Source: Vicugna vicugna
Lineage: Eukaryota
DNA length: 64,000 nt
Reading direction: 5' to 3'
Assembly: GCA_013265495.1 (NCBI GenBank)
Contig: MU062555.1
Span: 62,001 to 126,000 of the forward strand
The notes below the pieces were generated by a model. The model ran no database searches. It saw only the letters and a list, made by a program, of their open reading frames with translations, and was not told where the DNA came from. The translations under genes and the position numbers were made by a program. Positions 1-11,961 of this stretch are shown in pieces. Positions within the stretch are counted from its first letter, which is position 1; each line of letters starts with the position of its first letter.

Positions 1-2
1 AC

Positions 3-414
3 TCTTATGGGTTGAACTGTGACCTCTAAAGAAGTAAAGTCCTAGTCCCCAGGCCTCAGAACATCAGTGACCGTATTTGGAAATCGGGTCAGTACAGATG
101 TAGTTAGTTAAGACGAAGTCATACGCGAGTAGAGTGGGCCCCTCTTCAAGTTACTACTGGTCTGTTGGTAGAAGAGGGAAACCTGGACACAAAGATGCTG
201 GGAGAGACCACGTGACGAGAGGCCGGGGCTGCAGAGATGCGCCTACAAGCCAAGGACACTGGCGCCCCCCCCACCCCAGCAGCTGGAGGAGGAGCACGGT
301 CCTGCCAGCACTTTGATCCTAGCCTTCTGGCTGCCAACACTGAGACAATAAATTTCTGTGTTCTGAAGGCCTACCGGCATGGTACTTAGCTGTGGCCATC
401 CCCAGGACACAGAC
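3..414 (+). mobile_element. MaLR solo LTR (MLT1A/B-like) in ANAPC2 intron 10
   Basis: Begins ..ttatgggttgaactgtg (MLT1 5' end); contains gaccgtatttggaaatcgggtc, cctacaagccaaggacac and tgagacaataaatttctgtg, all MLT1-like segments. Recognised from memory of the consensus; subfamily and ends approximate. Confidence 0.8.
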
Positions 415-2278
415 AAAGCCACTGGGCCGAGTGCCACTGAGTCCCTCCGCTAATCCTAACCCTAATCCTTAGGAGAAAGCAACAACTGACCCCGCTTTGC
501 AGAAAGGGAAGGGAGGCCAGGCTGGAAGCCTGCCTGGGCCATAAACAGGCACTCGAGCTCCAAGGCCGTGCCCTCGACAACCACCTCTCCAGGCTGCAGC
601 AGGGCAGGTGCAAGGCCCAGTGGCGGACGACACGGCCCCCCACACGCGTTTGGCATAGTCCTCAGGCCAGGAGCCCAGTTGGTGGGAGGCAGAGGCACCC
701 TGGCCACAGGCCCGACCTCTCGGGGCCTCCCTGGGGCCTGCCCTGGCCACTCCAGCATCCGGCTGGCGTTGAGACGAGGTGTGCTGGAGTGGCCGGCATG
801 TCGGGTCCATCAGGCTGGGAAGTATGCCGTGTCTGAGATATCACCAGAACCAGGGTCACACTCAGGCGGAAGCCAGCAGGGCCGCTCCCAGCAGGGGTGC
901 TGGAGAGCAGAGGGAAGCCGCGTGCCAACAGGACAGCCAGAGGGCTGGGGGAGGGCACCGAGCATGGGTGGACCAGCCGCGTACCTATTCTCAACCAGGA
1001 AGAGGTGGGGAGCAGTGCTGAGGCCCCACAGAGGAGCTGCTCCGGGGGCGGGAGCAGGGGCAGGAAGCAGGGGGTGGCTGGGAGCCACCAGACTCTCAGA
1101 GGCTGCAGGCCAGCTCCTGCGGTCCTGCCACTGCCCCGCCTCCCCACCCCGGGGCCCCCCGCCCTTGCCTGTCACTGGAAGTAAGGCCACTCGAGGGACT
1201 GGCCGTCCTGTGCTCAGCCCTCCACCCTCAGACACTAGGTTCCTCAGCCTTCATAGCAGCTGCATCTAGACCCAGGGCCACCTCACAGCAAACCTCCAGA
1301 AGCTGTCACCCCTCCTGCAGCCAGGCCTGGCCTAGCCCCCACCTGCTGCCTTCCTGGGGCTCCATCCCGAGGGCTCCCTGAGCCTCAGCTTCTGGCTCCT
1401 CACCTCCAGGGGTGTCCCAGGTCCCTCCAGGGCTCAGGATATGCACCCTGCATACCTGTGGCTCCGTTCTCTGCTCGGGTGCCTTGCATCCCCTCAGGCC
1501 TGTGGCCTCTTGGGCCCTACACCCCACTCCTCAGACTAAATGCCCCAGAACCTGCTTTTCCACCCGTCCCCAGAAACCTAAGACAGGTGTGCTGACTCCC
1601 TTCTCTCTCCCAACACTTCTCCACCGAAGCATCACCTGGAAGGAAAGGTCCTCTGTGCCACTGACCCCTGCCCATGCCAGGCTCCATCCGCCCACACCTC
1701 TTGCCTGGACCCCCTGCCCCGGGACTGCTGGGTTCGGCCCCGCCGGAGGGACAAGCAATAAACTCAGCCAATGGACCACCCTGAGCCCATGGCCCTGACC
1801 ACCCACACACCCTGTGGCACTGCCCCTTCTCTCCTCCTCACCAGAGCCTTGTGGCCCAGGGACCTGACAGCAGATGGCACAGTCCTGGTCCTTGAGTGTC
1901 CCGGGACCAGAAAGCTGCTTCCAGGGAAACAAGCCAGGGGAGGGGCAGGATGGGGATGGGCACAGAAGTCAAACACCTCAAGAGCAGCCTGGACGCACCC
2001 TGGACATGCCCTGGGCACATGCCAGATGGGCCCCCGCCCCTGACTCTCCCTCGGGAGAGCACAGCACCCCAGGCCCTGGTCCTGAGGTCAAGAGCGTGGA
2101 CTGTGGAAGCAGCAGCCCGGGGGCAAGCCCACCCCAGTGCTTTTGGAGAGAAAGCGCAGGTGCACACACACTCCCAGGAGGGGAGGGGCGGCTGTGGGTG
2201 GCGTGCAGGACGCAGACACAGGGGAGGGACACCCAGTCAGGACACGGGCCCGTCGGCCCCCTGGAGGCGCAGCAGTAC

Positions 2279-5200
2279 CTTCAGCTTCTCGTATTTCTTG
2301 CAGTAGACGTCCAGGGCCTCCCTGATGTCCTCGGGGACCTCCAGCTTCTCATCCTTAAATGGCGGCCAGAACTCACTGGACAGGATGACGGCGTAGACCC
2401 CAAACGGCGGTTGCTCCTCCACAGGCCGCTTCTCGTCCTCCTCGCGAATGTTGGCATTGATGCGGCGCGAGTCCGCCATGTCCTGAGGGGGAGACCAGGC
2501 CTCCTGAAGGCTGGGCTGGTGGGGACGGAGACTGGGCAGTGGCAGGAGCCCAAAGAGCCCACCTTGAGCATGACCTCGCAGAAGTGCATCGGGGCCTCGC
2601 CGAAGCGCAGCTTCAGCAGCTCCACGTTGCGGATCTCCCTGGAAGGGTGCGTCTCTGAGGGCTGTGGCATGCCCTGTCCCCACCTGCACCTGCAGCAGTG
2701 CCTCACTGCCCTCCCCAGTGCAGGGATGCCCCTCGGCCAGGAGGAGAGCCAGGGAGCACCGCCCAGACCCAGCCTGCACATCCCTGGGCCCACTCCCTCC
2801 CCAGGAGGCCCGGATCGTCACCCACACCACTAGGGTGGCAGAGGGCAGCCCTCGGGACTGAAGGCCACACCTCGTCCAGACCCAGAGTGGCCTGTCGGGC
2901 CTCACCGCTCAGGGCTGAAGCTGAGCTGGTGCAGCAGGCGGTCAGCCAGCAGGGAGCGGTACTCATTGATGAAGAGGTCCTTGCTGCCGTAGATGCTGAC
3001 CAGTAGGCTGATGATGTCGGAGGAGCGCCGCTTAGAGCTGGACTTCCCTGCACAGCACAGGCACCACTGGCACCTCTCAGAGACAGAGGCAGAGCCATCT
3101 GTGCCCGGGGAGGGCCCGCCCAGCGCAGCCCATGAGGCCCAGGTCTGGATCCCAGGTTGGGGTGGGGGGGTGCACCGGCTGCCCTGAGATCTGCTCCTCC
3201 CCCAACCCCACGAAAGCAGCAGAGGCGGGTGGGGCAGGCAGGGTGCCCTCCTACAGGTCTGGACGGGGACACAGTCCACCACCACAGCACATGCAGCAAC
3301 AAGCTGGAGACAACCCCCAACAGTCCAGAGCGCAGCAGGGCCGGCAGGCACTGACCTGGATCTGCATCCACAGGGTCAGGGACCCAGTCCTCTGGCTCAC
3401 CAGAGTCATCCTCACTGTCCTGGCCGGTCTCCAGGCTGGCAGGGTCTGTCTTGGACAGCTCAACAGCCAAGTCCCCGGTCCCATCCGAGTCCCCGGTCAG
3501 CCCCGCCACAATCTGCCGCACCGTGTCCTCCCGTGTCCTGCCAAGTGTGACTCCTCACTGCCTGTCCCACCTGACCACACGACCCCACCTGACCCATGCA
3601 GCCAGCTCCGGTCAGCCACATGCTAACAGCAAGCCCAGTAGACTTTCCCATGACCCCCAAAATCAAAGAGCCACCATTTTCGGACGACAGGAGCTGAGAT
3701 GATCAGACAGACTCATTTGTGAACAAGAGGCAGTAGGAGTGAGTCAGGGAAGCTCCAGATGTTACCCAGTCCAGGTCCCGAGCCTCTACTGCCCACCCTG
3801 GGGTCTCTGGGCGGCTGAGACACGGCACTCACTCAAACACGTTCTCCAACAGAGAGCCTAAGGGTTTCTGCTCCCTGTGGTAGGGAGGGTCAGGCACAAA
3901 GGCCCACTCCTCCATGACAGCCCTGGCCCCATGGGGGCAGCACCAGGCAGAGAGAGGTGGGGGTGTGCATGGGGACCCTGGGTTACGGGCACAGGAGCCG
4001 GCACTGGCAAAAGGGAGGAGCCCTGGCCCGGGAGATGGAGCGGCCCTGGTGCCCCCGGGCCGCGTCTGGCTCCACCACCAACGCGGGCAGCTCGGCTGAG
4101 TGGAGATGGGAGCCCAGTGCTCCCGAGTCTGAGCAGCTCCTGGGAGCCAGCCCAGCACTCACCTCAGGTAGCGGCGTATGGGCTCACAGGCCACCTCCAG
4201 GACGACCATGGAGGGGTCCAGCACGCGCAGCGCCTTGATAGCTGAGATGTAGAGGGTGATGATGTCACACGTGTTCACTCCTATGGCCGGGAGGGCACAG
4301 GGACAGGAGGCAGCCACGCTGGTAAGGTGACTGGCAAGCCGCCACTGTGACCTCACCCCTCAAGAGGCCAGCTGCCACTCTTCACCTCCCACCTGCTCAC
4401 GTGCGCTTTCTCCCTGCGCTGAGTGGGGTCTGTCCTGAAGGGATCGGGCACTGCCCTTGATCCCTATAGACTGCACAAACTGCTTCTTAACCTACTCCCT
4501 CCACAGGCCCCAAGGCTGGAAGGCTGGACCCTAGGGCTCCTGGATCTGGACCCGGAGGCTAAAAGGTACCTGGGTGAAGGAGCCGTGTCTCCAGGGCAGC
4601 TTTGAGGGACACGAGTAGCTGCTGCCTCTGGTCGGTCCGCTCCAGGCAGTACTTGAGGTCTTCGACAGCTGGCCGCGAATCTGGGAAGTCTGAAGGAAGA
4701 GAGCAGGTCCTGGCACGTGCACACAGGGCACACAGCCGCTGTGCACGTGAGAAGACACTCATATGGGCTGGGGGGTGAGCAGCCACGCCCCCACCTGACC
4801 CCAGGGAGAGGCGCCTGCTGCAGGCCTAGTGTGGCTCTCGCACCTTCCCGTGCCCACACACTTGACCATGACTGCCCTGCAGGGCAGACAGACAGCAACT
4901 CCCAAGGGCCAGCCCAGAGCCAGGACGAGACACCACAGTCCCAGGTGTACCCGCCCCTACTCCCCGAGAGCTGACGGGCAGAGGCTCAGGGAGGCGGCTC
5001 CCTGGCAGGCACGCCCACCTCGGATGATGCTGAAGAGCTCCTCAATGCGCAGGCCAGCATAGATGCGGTAGAAGAACCTCTGCACGTGGCAGCGCCACCG
5101 GCGCAGTGTGTTGCCAGCCTCTGGGGACGTGGGCCTGCTGGGGCCATCCTGCAGAAACACCTTGCCCAGCCAGCCGACCACCCTCTCAATCCACTGTCAG

Positions 5201-8200
5201 GAGAGCACAAGTGTGGGGATTTGGGGGCTGAGCCCAGAACAGGCGCTAGGAAAAGCCACGCAGCTACCCACCCTGCTGGCTGGCCCCAGGGCCACCTGCT
5301 CTGGAGTCCCAGAGTACACCGAAGTCAGCAGGATGAGGGGCTCAAAGGGGGCCTCCCAGGGCCTCCATCAACGCACACCCAGGCCCCTTCCACACACCCA
5401 GGGCCCATGCTCATCTCTGGTGACAGTGACTCTGAGGTAGGGCAGCAGGTCCGAATGCACAGGCGCACCCTGGGAGGCACACGCACAGCCACCCCTTCCA
5501 CACACAGGCAGCGCAACCCTCAGTGGGGGCGCTTCCGAGCGCGCACACATGAGCCTACAGGAGACGCTGCCACACAGACCCGGGGAGGGCACGTCCTCCA
5601 CAGGCTGTCCGGCCGCTGACAAGGCTGTCCAATCTGCCGCCTGGGGACAGCACATCTGCCTCACAGGCCTCCGGGCTCACACCTGACCACTGCCACAGAT
5701 ACACCTGCTTTGAATAGCATACCCATCCCCACCACTGCAGCTTCGCTCCAGTCTCAAGAAACAGGGGCTAGGAAGTGGTGAAGGAGGACAGGTGGGAGGT
5801 GGGAGCAGGCTGACAGCCCCCATGCTTGGGCCCAGCTTCTGTGGAACCCAGAGCTGAGCCTCAGACTATGCCCCAACAGCGTGGACACCCTGAGGCCCCC
5901 CCAGGAAACCCCAGGCTGTGACACTGCTTCCAGCCATGTGATCCCGCACAGACCTCACCAAGCACACCATGGGCTCTTCCTTGCTGTCACCATGGTGGGC
6001 CCAGAATGACCAGCCTGCACTCAGCACCAAGACGGATGGCTTCACCCACCAGCGAGGGCCTGATTCACCCAGGTCTCCATGCCCTGGCAGCTTCTACAGC
6101 CAGGATGTCCGTTTTGCCAGAAACCTATTCTCTGGTCCATAAGGGACAGGGCCTGAAAGGGGTCCTCACCTTATGGAACTCACGCAGAAAGGAGCGCTCA
6201 TACTCGCCCCGGCAGCGGTCCTCCATCCTCTCCCGGGTCACCTGGTGCAGGGTGGTGGTCACGGCCTCGGCACTGACCCGCTCCAGCAGACTGAGCCTGT
6301 GTCTAGAGGAGAGCCCTGCCCGTGGAGCACACAGAGCACACCAACAGGCACCCACCGCCACCCTCAGCACATACCTCCCCACGGACCTCCTGGCAGGGAC
6401 ACAGCTGCACCAAGAGCTCCAAGGAAAAGCTCCTGGGAGGACAGAGGGCTGGCAAGGGGCCACCTGCCCTCCCCAGCTGGCCCACCGCCCACGCTGGGGC
6501 ACTGGCCTTCCCCATGGGACCAGCATATCTAGCCACAAGAACCAAAGCTGCAGGAACACTCCCAGAAACACTCCTAAAACAGCAGCTAAGTGAGTTACCA
6601 CTCTGGCCACACATGCAGAGATGCAGCTGTTTGTGCTTTTCAGTGCGGACCACGGCCAGTAATTGCAGACTCATGAGAAAACAAAGAACATTTCCGTGTA
6701 ACTGTCACCTGGGAGAAACCCAGCAAAAGCCCTCAGGGACTCCCTGGCCCCGTCCAGCAACAGGGCCACGCCCCGCGGCCAGCCGGAAGACTAGCAGCTG
6801 CGCTGCTGCCACTTCACTCAATGGGACAAAACCATCACACGTGGTCAGGCAGCAGAGGGACCGCACAACACAACCCGACTCTAACAGCAAAATCCTTTCC
6901 TCCTCAAGAGGTCAGAAGGGCAACCTGTTCATCCAACATGTTGGTCTAACTTCTGACTTGCTCTAGACAAAAGAAATAGCAAGCCCCTTTTTACAATTAC
7001 AGAACAGAATAAATATCATTTCTCCACCCAAAAACTACAAAAAGCACAGCAGAATTCTACAAGACCCAAGAAACTTGGAATCATGTAATCTAAGTCTGAA
7101 GCCCTTAAATCTAAGTGCCAGCAAAATATGGAACTCTGAGCTAGTGTGACAGGCAGAAACAACCTGTGTTCAGGACAAAAGGTACAAACTCACAGCACAC
7201 AGATGCTGAGGACTCTCCCTCTGTCATGCTCCTGGCTATCACGACAAGCAGCAGAGACCCCCAGCTCTGCCACCTGTCTCACCAGCTCTCCACAGAGGCC
7301 AGCCGGGCCCAGAAGAGCAAGGCGGAGTCAGGAGGAACAGGGGCCTAGCCACGCAGGTGTGAGTACTCACAGGATCTGGCTGAGCTGGTGGAACTGCTCC
7401 AGCGCCTGGCGGCACCAGCACTGCTGTTTGTCACTGCCACAGCCTGCACACAGGGGGCTCTGCAGAAGGCGGTAGTACCGGCGGCGGGCATACCTGCTGT
7501 CCAGTTCTCCCTCCAGTTCTGGATCTGTACCTCCTTCCCCTTTTCTCTTACTCTGCATATAAACTCTCAAGAAGCGCCCATAAAGACGCTGGATCATCTC
7601 CTGAAAAGTTCTGGGAGTGGAAAAAAACAAGACGCCCCGCAACGTGGTGTGGACCTTTTCCCGAAGCCCCTGAGCGCCGGTGCCCATTAGCAAGCCCAAG
7701 CGAGTCCATTTCTCCAGGAGCTCTAGACTCCGCAGGTAGGGATCCAGGCGGCTCTCCAGCAGACCGAAAGCATCAAGGAGCAGCAGAAGGCACTGGGGCT
7801 CATCTGCACAGTTCTCGCGCTGGCAGATGGCATTCCAAAACTCTAGGGAGATGTTGGCCTGCAGGTCATTCTGCAGCACCTCTACGAACCACTCCTCCAG
7901 GACCGAGTGCAGACCGTGGCCTCGGAGAACCTCCACCGCCGCCCGGAGCTCCTCCTCCTTTGGAGGGACCGCGCCGCTGGTCCGGGAGGATGCCTGGAGT
8001 ACAGAAAACTGTGGGGAGAAGGGAATACAGCGCAGAGGTGGAGAGGGCGGTGACAGGTGGGGAGAGGCGAGGAAGAGACGGAGCGAAGGGGAGGCTGCGG
8101 AAACCCCGCTGCCCTTGCTCGCACGGATGCAGAGCCGACGCTAGGGAAGGGCTGTCGAACACGGAGGGACCGTAAAGAGAGGAGGCGAGACAAGCGGACG

Positions 8201-8368
8201 ACGGAGGAAGCCGTATGAACCCGCCGCCCTCTTCCCGGGCCTCACCAGTCCCAGTGCGGCCGGTGGCACCAGCCCGGTGCTCACGGTATTCCAGGCCACC
8301 AGCAGTTCCTGTGCGGGCCCGGGGTCGTCGTGCGCCTCAGCAGACGCCTCCTCCACCGCCGCCGCCAT
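2279..8368 (-). CDS. ANAPC2: Anaphase-promoting complex subunit 2 (cullin-like), exons 1-10, 3'-partial
   Basis: Exons (minus): 8246-8368, 7371-7993, 6170-6302, 5019-5193, 4570-4689, 4163-4280, 3356-3537, 2906-3047, 2563-2638, 2279-2482. All introns GT-AG with continuous phase; 632 codons. Peptides ELLVAWNTVSTGLVPPAALGL, RSSDIISLLVSIYGSKDLFINEYR and VYAVILSSEFWPPFKDEKLEVPEDI match APC2. The C-terminal exons (AMRTLSWKH..YRLPK) were not found in 1-2278, so they should lie left of the window. Confidence 0.97.
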
Positions 8369-8558
8369 CTGCACCCACCAGTTCCCAGAGCCTCCCGGCG
8401 TGGCGCGCGGTGATGACGCAGGCCTGGGCGCGCGCGCACAGCGATGACGCACGCGAGAGGCGCGCGACGGTGACGTCAGCCGTGGTCACCCCCGTGCGCG
8501 TGCGCGGGAAGCGATGCGGTAGCGGCGGTTGGAGGGAACGGGACCCCGGGCGACGACC
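8369..8558. promoter_or_regulatory. ANAPC2/SSNA1 bidirectional CpG-island promoter
   Basis: 190 bp between divergent ATGs (8368 minus, 8559 plus). Full CRE TGACGTCA at 8471-8478; half-CRE TGACG at 8414 and 8445; dense CpG. Confidence 0.85.
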
Positions 8559-9778
8559 ATGACCCAGCAGGGCGCGGCGCTGCAGAACTACAACAACGAG
8601 CTGGTCAAGTGTGAGCAGCCGCGCGGCGGGGCCCACCGGGCAGACTGGGAGGAAGTGGGGCTCGCCGGCTTGCGGGCCTGAGCAGTAGGTGGCCCGCAGC
8701 GCGCGGTCTGGCGTGTTGTACGGTCCGTGCGTGGGTGTCCCGGTCGGGGCGGCGCGGACGCCGTCTGGCCCTGTCCAGCGCACAGCCACAGCGTGGCCCG
8801 CCCCGAGTGCTGGGTATCTGGAGAGTGAGCACGCACGGCGTCCCGGGCCCGCGCCCGCGGTCTCGTGCGGTGCCTTCTTTAACCCCGAGACCCCGGGACG
8901 TAGGACACTGGCCTGGCTCGGGCGGAAGGTGGCCCAGCTGGCACCGAGGCCCTCCACTATCCTCTTCCCCACAAAGCGGTGGGCTCCAGAGTGGGAGGGG
9001 TGGTGTTCTTCCAGCCCTGGGCCCACAGCGCGTGCCCTTCTCGGCCTACCTTAGGCATTGAGGAGCTGTGTCAGAAGCGGGAAGAATTGTGCCGGCAGAT
9101 CCAGCAGGAGGAGGATGAGAAGCAGCGGCTGCAGAATGAAGTGAGACAGCTGACCGAGAAGCTGGCCCGAGTCAACGAGAACCTGGCTCGCAAGATCGCC
9201 TCTCGGAACGAGTTTGATCGGACCATTGCGGAGACAGAGGCAGCCTACCTCAAGGTGGGGCTGGGGGCCTGCATGCTGGGCAGAGTCCCTCAAGACTTTC
9301 TGGCCTGGGGCGCCCCCACATAGGCCATAGGCCCACTGTGGAGTGACAGACATAGCATGGCTGTCATGTGGCCCGGGTCCTGTTGTTTGCACCATGCTTG
9401 TTACTACATCACTCCTTCCAGACACTGAGCAACAGAGTGGCAGCAGGAGCCAGAGCCAACCTGGGCCTGGCTTCCCAAAGTGTAAGGAAGGGACTTTGAG
9501 CTAGACTCAAAGGGAAAAGGGCCTTGCAGACCCTGTCCGCCCGTCCCTTCAGGCTGCCTTGTCCCACAGACCCTGTCCTGCTGTCCCCGGCACAGCATAG
9601 GATGAGGGCTGGACTCCAGAGCTTTCCCACAGGAGGAACAGTGACAGCTGTCTCACGTCTCTGTTCTCAGATCCTGGAGAGCTCGCAGACCCTGCTCAGT
9701 GTCCTGAAGAGGGAAGCAGGAAACTTGACCAAGGCCACAGCCTCAGAGCAGAAGAGCAGTGGAGGCAAGGACAGCTGA
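8559..9778 (+). CDS. SSNA1: SS nuclear autoantigen 1 (NA14), coiled-coil microtubule/centriole protein, 119 aa
   Basis: Exons 8559-8610, 9055-9254, 9671-9778: [29 protein letters not shown]...[30 protein letters not shown] introns in phase. Confidence 0.98.
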
Positions 9779-10178
9779 TGGGCCCCGGATGGAGGGCCCA
9801 CCTCCACTGTAGTCAACCCCCAGAAAGTGTTTTCAAAGCTTCTGTCCCTCATGGCAGCAGTTTCCTTCCCTTGGTGTCTTCAGTGCTGCCAGAGGCAGCT
9901 GCCAACCTCCACTGGCTCTGGGTGACAAGAAAGCCCTTGGTGCGGCCCAGCAAGTGGGGGTCCTGGCCCCACACTCACACAGGTTCTGGGTCAGCCCTAC
10001 TCAGGGCCTCTCTGAGGCCCCCACACTCCCTTGGGCTGCAAGGAAGAACCTGCTTCTAGTCTCAGCACCATAGGAGGCCCCTCATCTTGTTCCTCAGCCA
10101 GCAAGTGCCTAGGTCAATGGGGGACAGGCTGGGGCCCTCCTTCACCTGAGAGCTTGCCCTCGGGGCATGTGACTTATC

Positions 10179-10184
10179 AATAAA
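10179..10184 (+). terminator. Poly(A) signal of SSNA1
   Basis: AATAAA 400 nt after the stop, followed by a GT-rich tract (gttgtgtttgt). Confidence 0.8.
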
Positions 10185-11509
10185 AGTTGTGTTTGTAAAG
10201 ACCTGTGCTGGTTTGCTGCCTGTGTCAGGAGTGTGCCAGACACCCCCAGACCCAGAACCCCTACCTAGCTACAGTGCAGCTCCTGGGAGGGGAGAGGGGC
10301 GCCTGGAGTGGCTTTCCCTGTGACTGGCCTTGCTGGCCTTGAGGACAGAACTAAGGGTGCCCCTAAGCATTTCCTGTGACCCTCATCACCCACTGTCTTT
10401 CCCTGCCAGGGCCACTGGTCCTGTTCCCTGCCATGCCCTGGTGTCCTGCAGGAAGCCTGGCTCAGGGAGAGGCTCTTCCTGGGTTCAAGTCCTCCAACAA
10501 GGGCTGCTCCCCAGCTCTGTGATTCCAGACTCGACTCTGCGAGACAGCACAGCAGCCTCCCCGGTTGTGCCTGCCTCCCAGGCAGCCTGGGGCTCAGCCC
10601 CCCATCCTGAGTCACTTCTCGGTCCATCTGTCTTGACCTGTTGGCACCCACGGGGTTCCTACCACCATGGTCTGGGCGGTGCAGGAGCTGGGCCAGGCGG
10701 ATTGGGAAGTATGTATTGGCTGAGAGGGTCTGGAGAAACCTGGGCCCATCCCTCCCAGGAAAATGTGCTCCCTCCCAAGCCTGGCCAGGTGGCATCTCCC
10801 ATGGGCCTGACTCTCCAAGAGGAAAAGACCTGTATCCAATGCTCAGATTGTAAGCAGCCTGGCTCTGCACAGGCAGCTGAGAACGTCTCCAGACGCAGCC
10901 AGCCCAGCCAGGCACCAGGTCCCTAGCAGGCAGCTCTGTCTTGTCACCTCTCCAAATTCATCAGATTTCCAGGCTAGTACAACCCCAGGGGAGTGGTCTG
11001 CCTGCTACAGCCTTCCCACAGGCTCCTGTGGGCAAGGGAACCTTCTGATCCCGGAGGCAAGATCCCAGAGGCTCTGCCCACCTTCTCGATCCACTCCCAG
11101 GCTCTTGGCCTGCACTCCCATCCCTGTTACCTAGAGCCTAGGCCCCTGTACATGCAGTTCCAGGCCCAACCACAGCTCCACCTCTAGGGGACAAGGGGAG
11201 CCCCAGAGCCTGGGGATGCTCACAGGGCAGGCACAATGAGGTCCCTATTCCGGCCAAGCGGGTGGCTGGGAAGGGAAGCAGGACATCTAGGGCCATGGGG
11301 GTGGGGAGAGCCTGGACTACTGGGGCTGCGAGCTGCTGGGGGCAGGCTCCCCCGGGCACAGAAGTGCAAGCTAGGCTTCCATCACACCGTGTGGGTGGCC
11401 TCCTCCCCACTGCCAGTGCCTCCATGTAGCCCAGCAGACCCCACTCCTGCTCCCCCTTCTCAACCTGAAGAACATGCAGGGAAGGTGGAGGCAGCCTCGT
11501 CCAGTGCTG

Positions 11510-11515
11510 TTTATT
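11510..11515 (-). terminator. Poly(A) signal of TPRN
   Basis: tttatt on plus = AATAAA on minus, about 450 nt after the TPRN stop. Confidence 0.7.
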
Positions 11516-11961
11516 GAGTCCATCAGCAGAGGCGGGAAGACTTCCCGTTCACCAGAAGCGGAGTGGCTCATGCTGGGGGTGTGGGCTGGGGCCTTGCAGT
11601 CCTACAGAGGACAGGCAGCCGGGTCAGCCCCCCACCCTGGACACACCTGACAGCCACTGGGCACGGTGTCTAGCAGGACCCCATCACTCCTTCACAGGCA
11701 GTGTCCCCAAACGAGGGTCAGGGAACGAGACCCAGACAGCCCCATAGGAAGAAGCTGTGCCAGGTTCCTAAGGCTCAAGTCCCGACTACTAGCCTGGTTG
11801 AGACCTCAGGAAGAGAGAGTGGGAGCTGGGAAGGCAGGGCCTGGCAGGTCAGGGTGGTGGGGGAGGGCGGGTGCAGAATGAGTGTGGTGCTCTCAGGCAC
11901 TGCCCAACTCCCAGGGCCCCACCCCTGGGGCTCAGCCTTGCCCATCCTGGTAGGGCCGGGG

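Noticed and set aside
448-472. Telomere-like taatcctaaccctaatcct
   Set aside because: Only about three degenerate units; within chance.
462-1269. ORFs in ANAPC2 intron 10 considered as the missing ANAPC2 3' exons or TMEM210
   Set aside because: No match to the recalled APC2 C-terminus or to TMEM210; no consistent splice frame.
1757-1762. Plus-strand AATAAA in ANAPC2 intron 10
   Set aside because: No supporting upstream exons or downstream GU-rich element.
1874-2833. 319-aa plus-strand ORF
   Set aside because: Antisense to ANAPC2 exons 9-10; low-complexity translation.
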